From positions 32,001 to 96,000 of the forward strand of contig CBDFFH010000046.1 of the NCBI GenBank assembly GCA_965246715.1: a DNA stretch of 64,000 bases, given 5' to 3'. The notes beneath the pieces are model-generated. The model ran no database searches. It was not told the DNA's origin and saw only the letters and a list, made by a program, of their open reading frames with translations. This document shows, one piece after another, positions 61,938 through 64,000 of the stretch. This DNA comes from Chamaesiphon sp. (GTDB taxonomy: Bacteria; Cyanobacteriota; Cyanobacteriia; Cyanobacteriales; Chamaesiphonaceae). A program made the position numbers and the translations under genes. Positions within the stretch are counted from its first letter, which is position 1. Each line of letters opens with the position of its first letter.

Positions 61938-63683
61938 TCAGTAGTCTGCTAACCCGACAGGAGCCTTTACCTGATTCAAAATCTGACGGAGCGCATCACC
62001 TTCAAGTACCTCTCGATCGAGCAGAACTTTTGCCGTAGACACTAATAACTCGCGATTTTGTTCGAGAATCTGACGGGCCATCTGATGCGATCGATCGATC
62101 GTTTCTTTCAACAGTCGATCGATTTCTGTCGATACTTCGGCACTCACAGCACGACGCACATTATCCCCCTCCAAAAACTGGGACTGATTGCCAGCAAATG
62201 CGATCGGCCCTAAAGTAGCGCCCATCCCGTACAGTGTAATCGCTTTCTCCGCCAGACTCGTTGCCTTCTGGATATCATCGCTGGCACCTGTAGATACCTT
62301 GCCGAAGATAACTTCTTCCGCCGCACGTCCGCCGAGTAAAGTCGCAATCTGACCGCGAATTTCATCTTCCATCATTAAGAAGCGATCTTCATCCGGCATT
62401 TGTAGCGTGTAACCCAGCGCACCGACTCCACGCGGCACGATCGAGATTTTCTCGACCTTACCTCGTCCCGGCATTAAGGCACCCACTAGCGCGTGTCCGA
62501 CTTCATGATAGGCAACAGTTTGCCGCTCGATCGGATTTAATACCCGCGATCGTTTTTCCAAGCCAACCAAGATTCGCTCGAATGCCAGCTCGAAGTCAGC
62601 CATCAAAACCGCCTGCCGATTGCTCCGCGCCGCCATCAGCGCCGCTTCATTCACTAAATTGGCTAAATCCGCACCTGTCAATCCCGAAGTCCGCGTCGCC
62701 ACCACTGATAAATCGACATCCTCGCCCAACTTCACGTTATTGGCATGAACGGTTAAGATTGCCTCTCTGCCGCTTTTATCGGGTCTGTCAACCACTACTT
62801 GGCGATCGAATCGACCGGGACGACGTAAGGCTGGGTCTAACACTTCAGGGCGATTGGTAGCGGCAATCAGAATCACGCCAGAATTACCATCAAAACCATC
62901 CATCTCCGTGAGCAACTGATTCAGCGTTTGCTCCCGCTCATCGTTTCCACCGTTTGGATTCGAGCCATTACCGCGCGATTTGCCGATCGCGTCTAGCTCG
63001 TCGATAAAGACGATACAGGGCGCTTGTTGCTTGGCTTTGGCGAACAAATCCCGTACCCGCGAGGCACCAACACCAACATATAATTCGACAAATTCCGAAC
63101 CGGACATACTAAAGAATGGTACGCCAGCTTCGCCCGCGATCGCTTTCGCCAGCAAGGTTTTGCCCGTTCCTGGGGGGCCGACTAGTAATACACCTTTGGG
63201 AATTTTGGCTCCAAGGCGGGTATATTTATCGCTATTTTTGAGGAAATCGACAACTTCTTGTAATTCTTGTTTGGCTTCATCAACTCCAGCAACATCGGTG
63301 AATTTAATCCCAGTTTTCCCCTTGCCATATACCCGCGCTTTGCTTTTGCCTACGCCCATGACACCATTGCCATCTTCGGTATATTTGAGCAGCAATGCAC
63401 CCGCACCTACTGCGATTAAGGATGGTAATACTACGCCGATTAGTGCACCCAGCCAGTTATCTGCGGGCGGATTTTTTACTGTGTATTCGACACCATGCGA
63501 TCGCAATAATTCGGGTAGCTGTTCGTGTTGAGAATCGGGGATGGTAAAGTAGCTTTCTGTACCTGTTTCGGTAGCAACTATATACTCGATGCGATTGAGA
63601 TCGATCGTCACCTTTTTCACTCGATCGGCTTTAACTTGTGCGAGAAATTCACCGTAAGCTTGTTGAGGAATAGTTGCCATCAT
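61938..63683 (-). CDS. ftsH: ATP-dependent zinc metalloprotease FtsH (FtsH4-like), one TM helix
   Basis: [21 protein letters not shown]. Confidence 0.94.
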   Translation of the reverse strand: MMATIPQQAYGEFLAQVKADRVKKVTIDLNRIEYIVATETGTESYFTIPDSQHEQLPELLRSHGVEYTVKNPPADNWLGALIGVVLPSLIAVGAGALLLKYTEDGNGVMGVGKSKARVYGKGKTGIKFTDVAGVDEAKQELQEVVDFLKNSDKYTRLGAKIPKGVLLVGPPGTGKTLLAKAIAGEAGVPFFSMSGSEFVELYVGVGASRVRDLFAKAKQQAPCIVFIDELDAIGKSRGNGSNPNGGNDEREQTLNQLLTEMDGFDGNSGVILIAATNRPEVLDPALRRPGRFDRQVVVDRPDKSGREAILTVHANNVKLGEDVDLSVVATRTSGLTGADLANLVNEAALMAARSNRQAVLMADFELAFERILVGLEKRSRVLNPIERQTVAYHEVGHALVGALMPGRGKVEKISIVPRGVGALGYTLQMPDEDRFLMMEDEIRGQIATLLGGRAAEEVIFGKVSTGASDDIQKATSLAEKAITLYGMGATLGPIAFAGNQSQFLEGDNVRRAVSAEVSTEIDRLLKETIDRSHQMARQILEQNRELLVSTAKVLLDREVLEGDALRQILNQVKAPVGLADY

Positions 63684-64000
63684 ATATTAATAGTAGAGTT
63701 GATGGAGAAGACAAGGTATTGAAGCGATCGCTCTTTACCTACTCCATCAGCATATTCGATCGGCTTTATTACCCATAGTCGTGTTGCTACGCTAAATCAG
63801 ACGGGAAACCACACTGTTGTGGGTTAGTCGATCGAAGTCAGTCTTGGTGTAGCGATTTTAATCGATCGAAATATCGATATTATATCTAGTTCTTTGCAGG
63901 CGGAAAAATAGCAGCCAGATCGATCGAAATCTCTGGGAATTGGGGCAACTCGATCGGGTCTTGGGGCGAGATGATTTTGATCTCGGTATAAATAGATGAA

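Overview
Cyanobacterial chromosome segment. HIP1/CGATCG is very abundant, and ntcA, plmA and trxC are present; the style suggests Chamaesiphon, which is an inference. Most of the window is housekeeping genes: ftsH x2, acs, msrA, glyA, ntcA, fabI, folB, lysC, rimI, gatA, an RND efflux operon, tRNA-Cys and tRNA-Phe. The centre holds a ~13.3 kb element (25675-38930) integrated in the 3' half of tRNA-Cys(GCA) and bounded by a 46-bp direct repeat. It encodes a tyrosine integrase split by an IS5-family element, an excisionase-like HTH protein, a Prim-Pol/DUF927 primase-helicase with an iteron cluster inside its 3' end, an SF2 helicase, a TM2 cargo gene, a divergent regulatory pair and two tandem terminase-small-subunit-like paralogues. 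It has no recognisable capsid, tail or large terminase gene, so it looks like a PICI-like phage satellite. Three signals inside it are unusual. (i) A cluster of at least seven different 11-bp-period tandem repeats, two of which sit at the same codon position inside the two terS-like genes; this is a candidate multi-specificity packaging-site library. (ii) An A_AAA_AAG -1 frameshift signal that would add 90 residues to the RHH regulator. (iii) An operator-like motif repeated through that regulator's gene and the divergent promoter. Intergenic regions carry nested small dispersed repeats/MITEs and several gene relics (IS1634, FtsH TM2, LemA fused to a probable M48 remnant). All family assignments come from motif recognition by eye, not from database searches.
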